From Spironucleus salmonicida (taxonomy: Eukaryota), in NCBI RefSeq assembly GCF_000497125.1, contig NC_090598.1, positions 806,001 to 870,000 on the forward strand: 64,000 nt of DNA, given 5' to 3'. The translations under genes and the position numbers were made by a program. Below are positions 51,628 to 62,749 of this stretch, piece after piece (the first letter of the stretch is position 1; each line of letters opens with the position of its first letter). Under the pieces are notes generated by a model. The model did no database searches. It was not told the origin of the DNA and saw only the letters and a list, made by a program, of their open reading frames with translations.

Positions 51628-53274
51628 ATGTCAAGATCTGAAGCATCAGAGTCTTCGCCTTTGGTTGAAGGATCTACACAATAGGATGCATCACTTAGAA
51701 AAAGATCATCACTAATGTATGGATTGTCTGTATTTTTAGTCGTTATCATTTTATTATTTTCCTCATTAATTTTAATGGCTATTAATGTTTCTGCAACTTA
51801 TGATATTCTTTCAGCCGTAGACAAAACTCAACAACCTGAGCAATACATGCTTCCTAAATCATTTAGAATTAAGACTGTACCTTCAGTCAAAGATTAGGCA
51901 TCAAGAGGAACATGCTGGGATTTTGCAACTATGAGATTTTTAGAAGAACGCTATAACAAACAGTTTAATTTAGAAAAATAATACCTTAAGTTTTCAGAGT
52001 AAGCACATGGTAAATCCATGATTGACTTTTGTAGATAAAACCCTAAAAAGTGCCCGGATACTCCTACTAAAGATGGATCTGCCACAGACGGCCAAGCTAG
52101 CTGGATTTATCATTTTAACGAGTTTTTAAAGGATAAATTAGTACCTGATATGAAATCGTGTCCCTATATGCCTTAAGAGGGTACCGATGAAGTTTGTCCA
52201 GGATATGAAGAATTTATCAAATCATCACCAATTAAATATAGCATTGAAAATTATAAGGCTCTTTATTAAATAGACGATATTAAAAAGGCGTTAGTATCTA
52301 AAAATTCAACATTCCCACTTATCACAGAATTATTCTTTTAGCAGTTTTTCATCCCTTGTGATTCTACCTTAGGTTATAAAGATACGAAAGCTTGCCTTAC
52401 AGCTGAACTTTGCCCATAGTTTTTATAAAATTAAAATTATGACAGAAAATGTACGATAATGGACTTATTAACTACTGCAGAAGCATCATTCCTTACAAGA
52501 ACTTATAAAAATCCCACTACAATTGGTGCTCATGCTATGTTATTAGTAGGCTATAATGACGAATTTTCAACTCCTGGGAACTCGCCAGGCGGTTTTATTG
52601 TATTAAACTCTTGGGGCCCTCAACTTTCTCACTCTGCTGAATATTTTACAGGTGAGATTTCTCGTCGTGATGACGATTATCTATGTCCAAATGCTGAAAA
52701 CCCTAAGAATTGGGTCCCAGTAGATCATGAAGATGAGGATAAATGGAAACTCCGTAATACTACTGTTCTTAGATACATAAAAGATGGATATAAACCTGGT
52801 CATTTCCATACTTCTACTCCTAGTGTTTTTATGGAAGCTTTGGACAAGTTATTATCGGATTCTGAGGTTTATGCTATTCTCAAAATCACAGACTCCGTAG
52901 ATGCTACTCATCGTGTAGTCCTTAAAGCTGCTAAATCAGCATAAGATATTTACGACGAAAAATTCACCAGAGAAATAGTTCTTCCATCCGCTCCTATTGA
53001 TATGCTCGCTTTTGCATTTGAGCCAATGGGCACAAGTGATTTAAGCAGCAACTTTGTAGATTAATGTGGTTATTACTTCATACCATATGACTTTGTCAGA
53101 AAGGTTTAAGAGACTGGTGGCCTTTGGTTTGTTGAGTAAATGGACGTAAAATTCGAGGCAGGTAGCGACAAAATGAACGATATGATGAAGGAAGCTTTAC
53201 ATGAATAAACGATCATAGAGTTTGTTAGTCATACACCCTGGTTAGATGACGAGAACATGGTACCTAGATACTGA
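51628..53274 (+). CDS. Papain-family (C1A) cysteine protease with N-terminal TM anchor (548 aa)
   Basis: DQASRGTCWDFA (oxyanion Gln encoded by TAG, catalytic Cys), FSEQ, HAMLLVGY, NSWG. Confidence 0.92.
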
Positions 53275-53618
53275 AATTGAATCTTTTTATTTATATTTTT
53301 TTAATTGCATTCTACGTTAATAACATTATGAACTTTTTAGTATTGCTTTATTGTATACAAGTAATTACAGTAGATATATTTTGTAAACATAATGTTTTAA
53401 AGTCACAAATCAATCAATTATAATATCTTGGTAATTAGTCTGAGTATTTCAATCATCTCATCACCGTCCACCCTCCATACTTAAAATAAAATTCCTTCTA
53501 TCGTAGCGAAACACAAAAAACATATTAAAGGGTTATTATATATTATAATTTTTATTTCTGTCCTATTTTTTAACAGTTCATATTTAATTATCAGATACTA
53601 TTCCGTTTCAATTATAGA

Positions 53619-54113
53619 ATGGCATTTTCTACCCAAGCATCTGCCTCGTCATCTTACTCGCAGGCATTCACAGATATACAACTTAATTAACAGGTTTAAC
53701 CGATTTTTGATATTTCTACCTACGCACAGGCCTTTCTGGACACGAAGCTGAAGCAGCTTACACTATCTCAAATTGAGCCGTTTCTAGAGAAGAACTTCGG
53801 GAACTTTCAGTAGAATTTAGAGAAACTAACTCGGGGAAAGCCACCTGATTTGATCGACTACGAACTCTATTTACGCGTGTGCCACGCTACTTTACGGCAC
53901 GTCAAATCGGAGGTCGAATTGCTGTTCTATTTTGCGTCTTCGACATTTGACGGCTTCACGTCGGCACAACGTTTCGGGGTTGTATACAGCAACTTCGCAG
54001 GTAAAAGCTACAAATAAGTCAAAAAATGCTGGGAGGCGCTCAGGATTGAGGATCTCACGATCGATTTAGAAACTGCAAAAAAGTGGGTTTCGCTAGTTAG
54101 AACGCTAAAATGA
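53619..54113 (+). CDS. Hypothetical protein (164 aa)
   Basis: Continuous code-6 frame MAFSTQASASSSY...LVRTLK, with AGTGA just after the stop. Confidence 0.65.
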
Positions 54114-54825
54114 ATAGTGAATTATACGTAGTTTTAAGAGTTTTAAGATTTTATTTTTATTATAGATGTTCAAAACATGATTATGTACACATACCATTGA
54201 TATTATTTGAAGTTATATAATTGGTAGAAAATGTTTTAAAAATTAATTATATAAAGGTGAATAAGGAATATTGTAAAATAAAGGATTGATTTTTACGAAA
54301 ATATAATAATCATAATATAATAATCAGTTTTTACAATTTTAAAGTTATATTAGTGAATAAGACATAATAATATTTCTGTAAAAATGATAAAATGTTCCAA
54401 ATCCCCGCACCGGGCCAGAAAGCCCTACGAACGCGCAGACGCCCCCACATATCAGAAGATGTAAACGCAGAGGATCCAGCTCAGCCAGTATGAGTGGGAG
54501 TGGTGAGGAGTGACTAGTATTCTAGCCGTTCGGCCGGTATGGGCAGCCTACTGGATAGGCACACTATGCCTGTCACATTTCTGAAGTGGGTCTAGCCTAG
54601 GAGTTGCGCTGGCACCTGATGCGCCAGGCCTGCTGGAGCGAGGCTGAGGCTGAGGGGGGTGGGATAGAATACGCAGGGTACATTCTATGCGTGGCACCGC
54701 CCGCAGCCCGCACAGGCCGGTGCAGGGCGTTCGCGGTGCAGGGGATGGGCCGTGCTGTGATGCGCCATGGCCGGTGGAGCGATACGCAATATCCGCCTCT
54801 TATACATTCCCTGCGAAGTGCAAGA

Positions 54826-55404
54826 ATGCGGCTGTTCGACGACCTGCCCTTCGGCGTCCAGCGGCAGTTCGCCCAGCTGGAGGCGCTCCGGGTCCTGGAC
54901 CTGGGCAACCTCATGAAGTACTTCGTGGCCAAGCTCTTCTACTACGCCGGGGCCAAGACCGCGGACCAGCTGCTCGCGTTCTACACCGGCCTGCTCGACC
55001 TGGGCGGCCAGTACCACTTCGCGGTGCTGTGCGATATCTTCGGCACGGAGCGGCTGGTCATGGCCGTGAGCCAGCACAACTTCCCCTTCTTCCGCGCGCT
55101 CTCGGGCGTGTTCTACGGCCCTGCGTCCTGCTTCGTGGGCGTGGACGACTTCGAGGACCAGCTGATCACGATCTGCCGCATCGTGGAGACCCTGGCAGCC
55201 AAGGCGCCGTCGGTGGCGGAGGGCATCCGGCAGGTGTACCGGGCCCGCGAGACGGAGGTGCTCCGGCAGAAGGCCTTCAAGGGATACCGCATCGGCGGCG
55301 ACGCCAGCCCGCACATCGAGGGCCGGCAGTTCCGCGGGCGCTGGGACATCGGCTACCTGGTGGACATGCAGCGCCCCAGCCGGAGCGCGGGCGGCGGGAA
55401 GTGA
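54826..55404 (+). CDS. Hypothetical protein (192 aa)
   Basis: Strong GC3 bias in this frame (MRLFDDLPFG...), aAGTGA stop. Confidence 0.7.
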   Translation: MRLFDDLPFGVQRQFAQLEALRVLDLGNLMKYFVAKLFYYAGAKTADQLLAFYTGLLDLGGQYHFAVLCDIFGTERLVMAVSQHNFPFFRALSGVFYGPASCFVGVDDFEDQLITICRIVETLAAKAPSVAEGIRQVYRARETEVLRQKAFKGYRIGGDASPHIEGRQFRGRWDIGYLVDMQRPSRSAGGGK

Positions 55405-55519
55405 GGCCGCCCAAGAACTCGGCGCAGTTTCGGCTCGATAAAGAGAAGCGGGGTCTCCGCACTCCCGAGTACAATAGCACCGCCCGCCGCACCAACTCTC
55501 TTTATCCCCCTCCACACAA

Positions 55520-55834
55520 ATGGGAGGAGTGAGCTCGACCGAGGCCGTGCTGATCTCCGTCATGGTACTGCTCATGGTCTTCATCGCCAGCGGGGCCATC
55601 ACCTTCTGCTGTTGCTGCTGCAAGGTCCAGCGCGACCAGAGGCGGACCTACCACGACTACATGGACCAGGTGCAGCAGGTCCTGGGCATGGTCAAGACGC
55701 AGGCCTGCCGCCAGGAGACCGTCGAGGTGGCCGGCCAGGGGGTCCAGCCAGCCTGGCAGGTGATGGGCGCCGGCGGGGACCAGCTGCCCCGGATCCCGGT
55801 GGTCAGGGACGTCGACAGCCCCCAGCTGCTGTGA
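55520..55834 (+). CDS. Small single-pass membrane protein with a CCCCC juxtamembrane cluster (104 aa)
   Basis: C-rich leader CCCCCTCCACACAA, MGGVSS, a hydrophobic helix, then FCCCCCK. Confidence 0.7.
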   Translation: MGGVSSTEAVLISVMVLLMVFIASGAITFCCCCCKVQRDQRRTYHDYMDQVQQVLGMVKTQACRQETVEVAGQGVQPAWQVMGAGGDQLPRIPVVRDVDSPQLL

Positions 55835-56162
55835 GCGCCCGGGCGCGGCGAGTGAGCATTGTTGTATTCCATTCCGGGCGGGCCCGCTCCGCCTTCCGCG
55901 GAGGACGGCGCCTACATGGTACTCCGCTCCGAAGGCCGCCATAGAAAAGCCCAGTGTGCGCCGCAGCGAAACGCAAGTAAAAACAGTTTCTGTCCTGGCG
56001 GGGCCGCGGTATTACGGGGGATGCGGCGTCTGTTCTTAAGTGTGCCGAAACCGGTTTCTGGAGCGGCCTATTACGGTCCGATACCCAGGGCGGGGCTCCC
56101 CTCCCAGACGCGCGCGTATTATATACCCGCAGCGGCCCGCGGCCCAGTAACTGACGCTCCAA

Positions 56163-56345
56163 ATGAGCACGCTGAGCGCCCTGCACCGCCCCCTGATCCA
56201 CCCCGCGGCCGTGATCCGCTTCGACCTGCCCGGCGCGCGGCCCGTGCCCTACGTCCAGGCGCGGCGCTTCTTCGACGCGTTCTCGCGCGCGAAGGTGGAG
56301 CTGCTGGAGCTGGGGCGCCGCCTGGAGGCCCTCGAGCGGGAGTGA
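56163..56345 (+). CDS. Small hypothetical protein (60 aa)
   Basis: TATTATA plus CTCCAA leader, GC3 bias, gAGTGA stop. Confidence 0.55.
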   Translation: MSTLSALHRPLIHPAAVIRFDLPGARPVPYVQARRFFDAFSRAKVELLELGRRLEALERE

Positions 56346-56447
56346 GGGTGTACAAAGTATACAGCGCTTTACGTTTTGTATACTTTGGGTAAACGGGATT
56401 GGGCCGCGATCCCGATTCGCGGGTCATAAATCTGCGCCCACTCCACA

Positions 56448-56771
56448 ATGTCATTCCAGACCATCATCCACGCAGCCGTCGAGAACAACAAGCACGTGCC
56501 CCACATCACCGTCACCGGCAGCAAGGTCCACGTGCAGTGCGGCGAGAAGGAGCTCCACCCCACCTCCGACAAGCACTACATCGGCGAGATCAAGATCTAC
56601 GGCCTCAAGGGCGCCGTCCTCATCGAGCTCGGCTCTGCCCACTTCTACCCCGGCCTCACCGAGCCCGTCGCCGAGTTCTCCGTGTTCGAGATCGCCAGCT
56701 ACTCCAAAATCGTGGCCACCTCCTACTGCAACCTCCACGGCATCTTCCACGCCGAGAAGGAGCTCAAGTGA
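56448..56771 (+). CDS. sor: Superoxide reductase (1Fe-SOR/neelaredoxin type, 107 aa)
   Basis: Iron-ligand motifs KHVP, HP, HYI and CNLHG. CCCACTCCACA leader, aAGTGA stop. Confidence 0.95.
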   Translation: MSFQTIIHAAVENNKHVPHITVTGSKVHVQCGEKELHPTSDKHYIGEIKIYGLKGAVLIELGSAHFYPGLTEPVAEFSVFEIASYSKIVATSYCNLHGIFHAEKELK

Positions 56772-56835
56772 TATCTTGTCATTTTCTTTGTTTCCCTCTA
56801 GGGCCGCATGCGCGTCGGTGGTCCACTCACCCCTG

Positions 56836-57153
<318 letters not shown>

Positions 57154-57784
57154 GCATTACATATGAATGTATTGTGTATATTTATATTCTATTTTACGCT
57201 ATTCGAATCGATGAATTTTAATTTGTTTTTATTTTTAATCTCATTTCTTGACTACTTGATTTGTATCATTGGTGTATGGGTATTGGTTCTATTTATATGA
57301 TTTGTGACATGCTTTTTAATTGGTCCTTGTGGATTTCTGGTTTGCTATTCGGGTCACCCGGTTGTTTCTTGGGTATCTGTGCGACTAATGATCTCATTTC
57401 TTATGATTTGATGGGTATGGTTCTATTCAAAAATTCGGCGCTTGGGCGACCCAGCCGGCCCGCAGTGTCTAAAGAGATCGCTGGATTTTGGGCTGGATAT
57501 CCATCATATATGATAAATCGATCAAGATTCATGTATTATAAATAATAATGCCTGCGATTTTTCGGAAAATTGCATTTGTAAACTATTGATCTGGGCCCCT
57601 CGTGTCCTGAATCCATAAATTTGAGCGATGCCCTTTATGGGTTACATGCGTAAAATGATCCTTACTTCTAATGATGATTCCATGCGTCATCGTCTTGCAT
57701 CGATAGATGATTCAATATCTATGCATTATGCATAACAATACTGTGTCTTTGTCATTTCTGAAATGGGTTTTACCGATCTTGCTT

Positions 57785-57825
57785 TTACTTACTTACTGAC
57801 TGACTGACTTACTTACTTACTTACT
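57785..57825. repeat. Short compound (TTAC)n/(TGAC)n repeat
   Basis: ttacttacttactgactgactgacttacttacttacttact. Confidence 0.9.
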
Positions 57826-57868
57826 AATTAGTTGATTCACTCACCACCAGCTCGCATCCCATCCTACC

Positions 57869-58453
57869 ATGCCCATCCCCCGGCCAGCGGCAGCCCCGAG
57901 CAGCGAGTCGGAGGCGGAGGAGGACGCAGAGGCCGCGCCGCAAAGCGAGCCGGAGCCCGTGCTCACTGCGCGCGAGGCGCTGGAGCGCTTCTACGCGCGG
58001 CTGGGGAGGTACGACGAGGTCCTGCACGGGCTGGACTACCTGCGCACGCACGACTTCGTGCAGACGCTCCCGCCGCCGGCCCGGCTGGCCTTTGCGTTCC
58101 AGGGGGCCGTGCCGCGCACCCACGTGTCCCAGACCGAGGAGTTCCGCATCCTCGCCGTGGAGGCCGTTGCGCTCCGGTGCTGGCTGGACGGGCGGGCCGC
58201 GCAGCTTGTGGTGGACCGCGAGAAGGTGGCCCTGCCGCACGCGGCGTTCGGCTTCGAGCTCCCGGTCACCATGCAGCGGCTGGGGCGGCGCCAGGTGCGC
58301 GTCGGGACCCTGCGGGCGCGGGCGGTGGTGGAGATGCAGGAGGAGGACGCCGACCACCTCGCAAAGGTGCTGCAGGTGTACCAAGACCAGTTCGCGGCGG
58401 CCAGGGCGCTGGACCTCGGGCAGTGCGACCTGTACAGCGTGCTGGGCGTGTGA
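57869..58453 (+). CDS. Hypothetical protein (194 aa), acidic N-terminus
   Basis: Strong GC3 bias, C-rich leader, TGA stop followed by AGTGA. Confidence 0.7.
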   Translation: MPIPRPAAAPSSESEAEEDAEAAPQSEPEPVLTAREALERFYARLGRYDEVLHGLDYLRTHDFVQTLPPPARLAFAFQGAVPRTHVSQTEEFRILAVEAVALRCWLDGRAAQLVVDREKVALPHAAFGFELPVTMQRLGRRQVRVGTLRARAVVEMQEEDADHLAKVLQVYQDQFAAARALDLGQCDLYSVLGV

Positions 58454-58483
58454 GGCCGCCCGGCGGCGTAGTGATGCATGCAG

Positions 58484-58693
58484 TCACTCGCAGCAGGCCC
58501 GCAGCAGCTTGAGCAGCTCGCCCTCCTGGGCCGGCGCGGCGTCCTTGCGCATGCGGTAGTGCTTGTTCTTGATCACGGCGACCGAGAGCCGCGGGAAGCT
58601 CTCGCACCGGATGCGCTCCCACTGGCTCCCGTGGCGCTGCACGACCTGGTGGAGGCGCTCCTCCTGCTCGTAGGTCCATCGGTAGGCTGGCAT
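58484..58693 (-). CDS. Single-repeat Myb/SANT protein (69 aa)
   Basis: MPAYRWTYEQEERLHQVVQRHGSQWERIRCESFPRLSVAVIKNKHY. CCACTCCACA leader, gAGTGA stop. Paralog of 18851..19108. Confidence 0.88.
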   Translation of the reverse strand: MPAYRWTYEQEERLHQVVQRHGSQWERIRCESFPRLSVAVIKNKHYRMRKDAAPAQEGELLKLLRACCE

Positions 58694-60056
58694 TGTGGAG
58701 TGGCGAGTACATTGGCGACAGGGACGCGGGCGGGTCCGACGCCGCGTGCCGTAGAAAGCAGGCGTGGGCCCGAGAATACCCCGCGATAGGGCAGTTTTTT
58801 CTGCGAGTACGAGGAGCGGTGAGGAAAGGAAAGTGTCACTCGTGGTGGGCATGGCCGTGGTCGTGCCCATGATCGTGCCCGCCGGTGACCACCTCGATCA
58901 CGTTGCTCACGCTGACGAGGCCGAAGCCCAGCAGCGTCCACAGCGCCCCGCCGGCGACCTCGCGCGCGGTGCCGGTGATCTCGTGGCCGAGGATCTCGAC
59001 CAGCACGATCGCCAGGAAGGTGCCCGCCGCGAAGCTCATGAAGCAGTCCTTGGTCACGTTGAAGGCCACGCCCGCCTCGCTCACGTGCGCGAGCCGCATG
59101 ACCGCGAAGGTCACCAGCTGGGCCACCGGCGTCGCGAAGGCGATGGGCAGGGCGAAGGCGAGGTTCTGGCGCCGGCTGAGCCCCTTGCGCATGCCCGCGA
59201 TCACCTGGCACGACACGTCGCACCACTTGTGCATCAGGATGGCGAGCGCCAGGAACGCGCCCTCGTGCAGGTCGGTCTGGAAGCCGAGGATCACGCCCTC
59301 GGACACGTCGTGGATCATGAGGCTGAGCATGAGCGCCTTGATGGTGGAGTCGGGCCTCACTGCGGGTGGCGCGGTGGCCTGGCAGGTCTCGGTGCAGTTG
59401 TCCGCGTCGTGGTCGTGGCAGTGGTTGTTGCGGTCCACCACGCAGGAGGGGCCGCAGTGGCCGAAGGTCATGGACGCGTGGGCCTCGCAGTCCAGCGGCG
59501 CGCTGCCGGTGTCCGAGGCCGAGGCGTTGTCGGGGTGGCCGTGGTCATGGTCGTGCCCGTGGTTGTGGCCCACCTGGATCACCACCAGCATCGCGAGGAT
59601 GCCCAGGAAGAGCACCACCGAGCTCACCGGGAAGTCCCCGCAGGCGTGGTTCAGCGCGTCCCCGGACTCGGGGATGATGTGCAGCAGCGCCACGCCCGCC
59701 AGCATGCCGCCCGAGAGGCAGTTCATCCGGCCCGTCACCCGCGTGCTCTTCGCGAGCCGCTGCACCAGGTAGGGCAGCACGCCGCCCAGCAGGGCCACCA
59801 CGAGGATCAGCAGGGCCGAGAGCGGTTGGAAGATTTCGATCGCGAGGGCGCTTGACATTGGGGGAGTGGTGCGGCGGAAAGAAAGCCGAATTTTGGGGGA
59901 ACATCTCGCGTACCGTATAATATCCTAATTCCCCGCGCCGCTCCACGCCGCCCAGTATCATTCCCCACGCCGGCCGCACTCCCGCCCGGCCCCCGCCAGG
60001 AGGCGCTGCACCCGCCCGCACAGCCGCGCGTCACTGCACAGGTCGTGGGCCAGAGG
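58608..60056 (-). repeat. Inverted duplication 3, left arm (the partner runs off the window end, so the left limit is a minimum)
   Basis: Position p pairs with 122608-p. Mismatches at 59977/62631, 59894/62714 and 58644/63964. Confidence 0.97.
58836..59858 (-). CDS. ZIP (SLC39) zinc/iron transporter, copy 1 (340 aa)
   Basis: GGMLAGVALLHIIPES, His-rich loop, HDVSEG and AILMHK metal-site motifs, AAGTFL. Confidence 0.93.
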   Translation of the reverse strand: MSSALAIEIFQPLSALLILVVALLGGVLPYLVQRLAKSTRVTGRMNCLSGGMLAGVALLHIIPESGDALNHACGDFPVSSVVLFLGILAMLVVIQVGHNHGHDHDHGHPDNASASDTGSAPLDCEAHASMTFGHCGPSCVVDRNNHCHDHDADNCTETCQATAPPAVRPDSTIKALMLSLMIHDVSEGVILGFQTDLHEGAFLALAILMHKWCDVSCQVIAGMRKGLSRRQNLAFALPIAFATPVAQLVTFAVMRLAHVSEAGVAFNVTKDCFMSFAAGTFLAIVLVEILGHEITGTAREVAGGALWTLLGFGLVSVSNVIEVVTGGHDHGHDHGHAHHE

Positions 60057-60313
60057 TGTACACGTTCTGACAAACTTTAGAAAATACTAAAATTTTAAAA
60101 CATAGATTATATGTATTTATGTATATGAAGATTCGAATGGGTAGATATTTCTGAAAAGATACAAAATCAGAAAGTAAACTGATGGATGAGATGAAAGGAA
60201 AATAATGTTTTGAAATTAAAATTATCTATTACCATCTTTATATCAAATATAATACAATATAAACCACAAATAGTAACTATAACAATATTATATAATATTT
60301 ATATTTATAAAAA

Positions 60314-62650
60314 ATGACGATCTAGTTTACTATAAATAACTACACAACATAGCTAGGCGAAAATTTATATATTATAGGATCTCTGCCAGAATTAGGTGAA
60401 AACAATATTTATAAAGCAATTCCACTAAAGTTTATAGACAACAAATGGTAAATTTAAGTTCATTTTAAATCTATCAAATCTGGGACATATAAGTATTTTT
60501 CAAACCTAAACCAGGACACGTACCTCCGAAAGCTGCCAATAATGCCCCAAAATACGACGGAAATACTTGAAATTTCGGATGATTGGTCTCCGCAAAGAAC
60601 CGACCCCTGGTACTCGGAAATTTATGATATAATACAACCGAAAACGCAGTTTAAAACTTCAATTCTTGATAATCTAAACCCAGCCGTTGAGTTCGAGGAG
60701 CAGCGGGTAATCATCCGCTGCTTCGCGGCGTACGAGGCTGGGACGCTCGAAATTTCGGGGTCCGGGAACCAGCTACTGAACTGGTCCACACGCTTTAAAA
60801 TGAACCAAATTGCACCCCGCACGTTCGAGCTGGAGCTGCTGTTCGAGCCACAGGAGGAGCCCTTTGCATTCAAATTCCTCAGGGACGGCACATACGAGGC
60901 CGGTCCCAACCGCTGCTTCTCCTACCGTCCAGGCGTGCAAGTACTAAACTGCTTCTACCGCTATGACTGCATTCCGCTGCTCCGCGTGGCCGGAATTTCG
61001 CTTGTGCGGACGCAATTTCCGCTGCAGAAAGTCGAAAAAATGGTCGATTTCGCACACAGCGCCGGTTTCAAAACCATAGCATTCCCATGCATCCATGCGG
61101 TCGACAGCAGCTTCGCGCTCGATCACGCAGTATTCGGCCTCGATGATGCCAGTGTACGCGCCGAATTCGACCGAATTCCGCTCTTCGAGCGCGTGGAAAG
61201 CACAATATAGCGCGTTCAGCGCAGCACATCGCTGTGCTACTGGCTTCCCGGCTACGCTGTCTACCGCGCCGTCTAGGGCGATCCTGACCTTCTCGGCAGC
61301 TTCGCGACGGACCGCGAGCGCGAAGGCTTCATAAGCCGCGTTTTCTTCACCGAAAAGCGCTTCCAGAGCGCGTATTTCGTAGCGTTTGAGCAGCTGCTGT
61401 TGCATGAGCTCCTGGAAACGGCCGTGCGCTACGCGCACGCGAACGGCATATTCCTGACCGGCGAGTTCTCGTTCACGATACCACGCAAGTCGCACAATTT
61501 GTGGCAGTTCGGACGCTTCTATACGCAGGGCTCGCAGGGTGCCGTGGACCTCGAGGCGCGCACGTCCTGCAATTTGAACTGTCCGGTGCTGAACTGGGGG
61601 AGCCTCAAGGAGGCCAATTACGTGTTTCTGCAGCACCAGATCTCGCAGTTGGAGCAGTACTTCAAGCACGTCGTACTAGCGACCTCCGAGCAGTTCTTCA
61701 GGACGTGGGAAATACCGGCAGAGTGCTTCCGCACAAACGGGCGCTTGGGGCGCTTTTCACCTGCGAATCCGATCCAAATTTCGAGCATTCCGGTGCACAA
61801 CCCACAGCGGCTCGTGCTGCCGAATCTGGCGATTTCGCACCTCGTGCCAGCCGTGATCAGCCGTGAGCAGGGGCAGCGGCTGGTATCGCTGGATATTCTG
61901 ACTGTTAAAGGCGATTCCTACGAGTTCCAAATGAGCGAAAAAGCGGCATGTAAGCTCCTGCACGATCAGCCTGTTTTGCAGGAATCCGTGCAAAAGATCA
62001 ACGGAAATCGCTGCATGGCGCCTGATCTCGCATACCCGCTGCTGAACTGCCACCCACTCATCCAGAACTAGCTGCAGTGCAGCGAAACGGCGTTTTTCAA
62101 AAGCCTCAGCCAGGCCGAGCAGGACGTCTTGCGTGGCATTTCGGGAAACTACTTCTGGAATCAGCACTGCTGCTGGATTGCGCGCGGCCACGAGCGATTA
62201 CAGTGGCTCCAGGGCATCGGCCAGGTCTTGTTTTCGTGTCGTGGTAGGAGCGAGCACTAATTTGAGGCTGAGTTCCTGAAATAAGGGATTTTGCTCAGCA
62301 ATCAGTTTCAGTTTCAGGGCAGCTCTGCCAGGGGGTGGATGAGCCTTACTGAAAGCAACATCTCATTTCGTGACAGTTTACTCGAGTAAAAATTTCGTGT
62401 TGATGAGTATATTAAGTCTATTAGTGGTGAAAGAAACTCGTAGAATTCTACAAAAGACAAAATAAAGATACTAATGACAGAAATGCTTAACTCAGATTCT
62501 ATGATCACTTTGGTACACTTGGATGATATTATCTCGCTGGCCGACGGCACGCCTCTGGCCCACGACCTGTGCAGTGACGCGCGGCTGTGCGGGCGGGTGC
62601 AGCGCCTCCTGGCGGGGGCCGGGCGGGAGTACGGCCGGCGTGGGGAATGA
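60314..62650 (+). CDS. 4-alpha-glucanotransferase DPE2-like (2x CBM20 plus degenerate GH77; 778 aa)
   Basis: N-terminal CBM20 (TQLGENLYIIGSLPELG), second CBM20 (GSGNQLLNW...FKF...E.GPNR), AVRYAHANGIFLTG, PVLNW, FFRTWEIP. One continuous code-6 frame. Confidence 0.82.
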
Positions 62651-62749
62651 TACTGGGCGGCGTGGAGCGGCGCGGGGAATTAGGATATTATACGGTACGC
62701 GAGATGTTCCCCCGAAATTCGGCTTTCTTTCCGCCGCACCACTCCCCCA

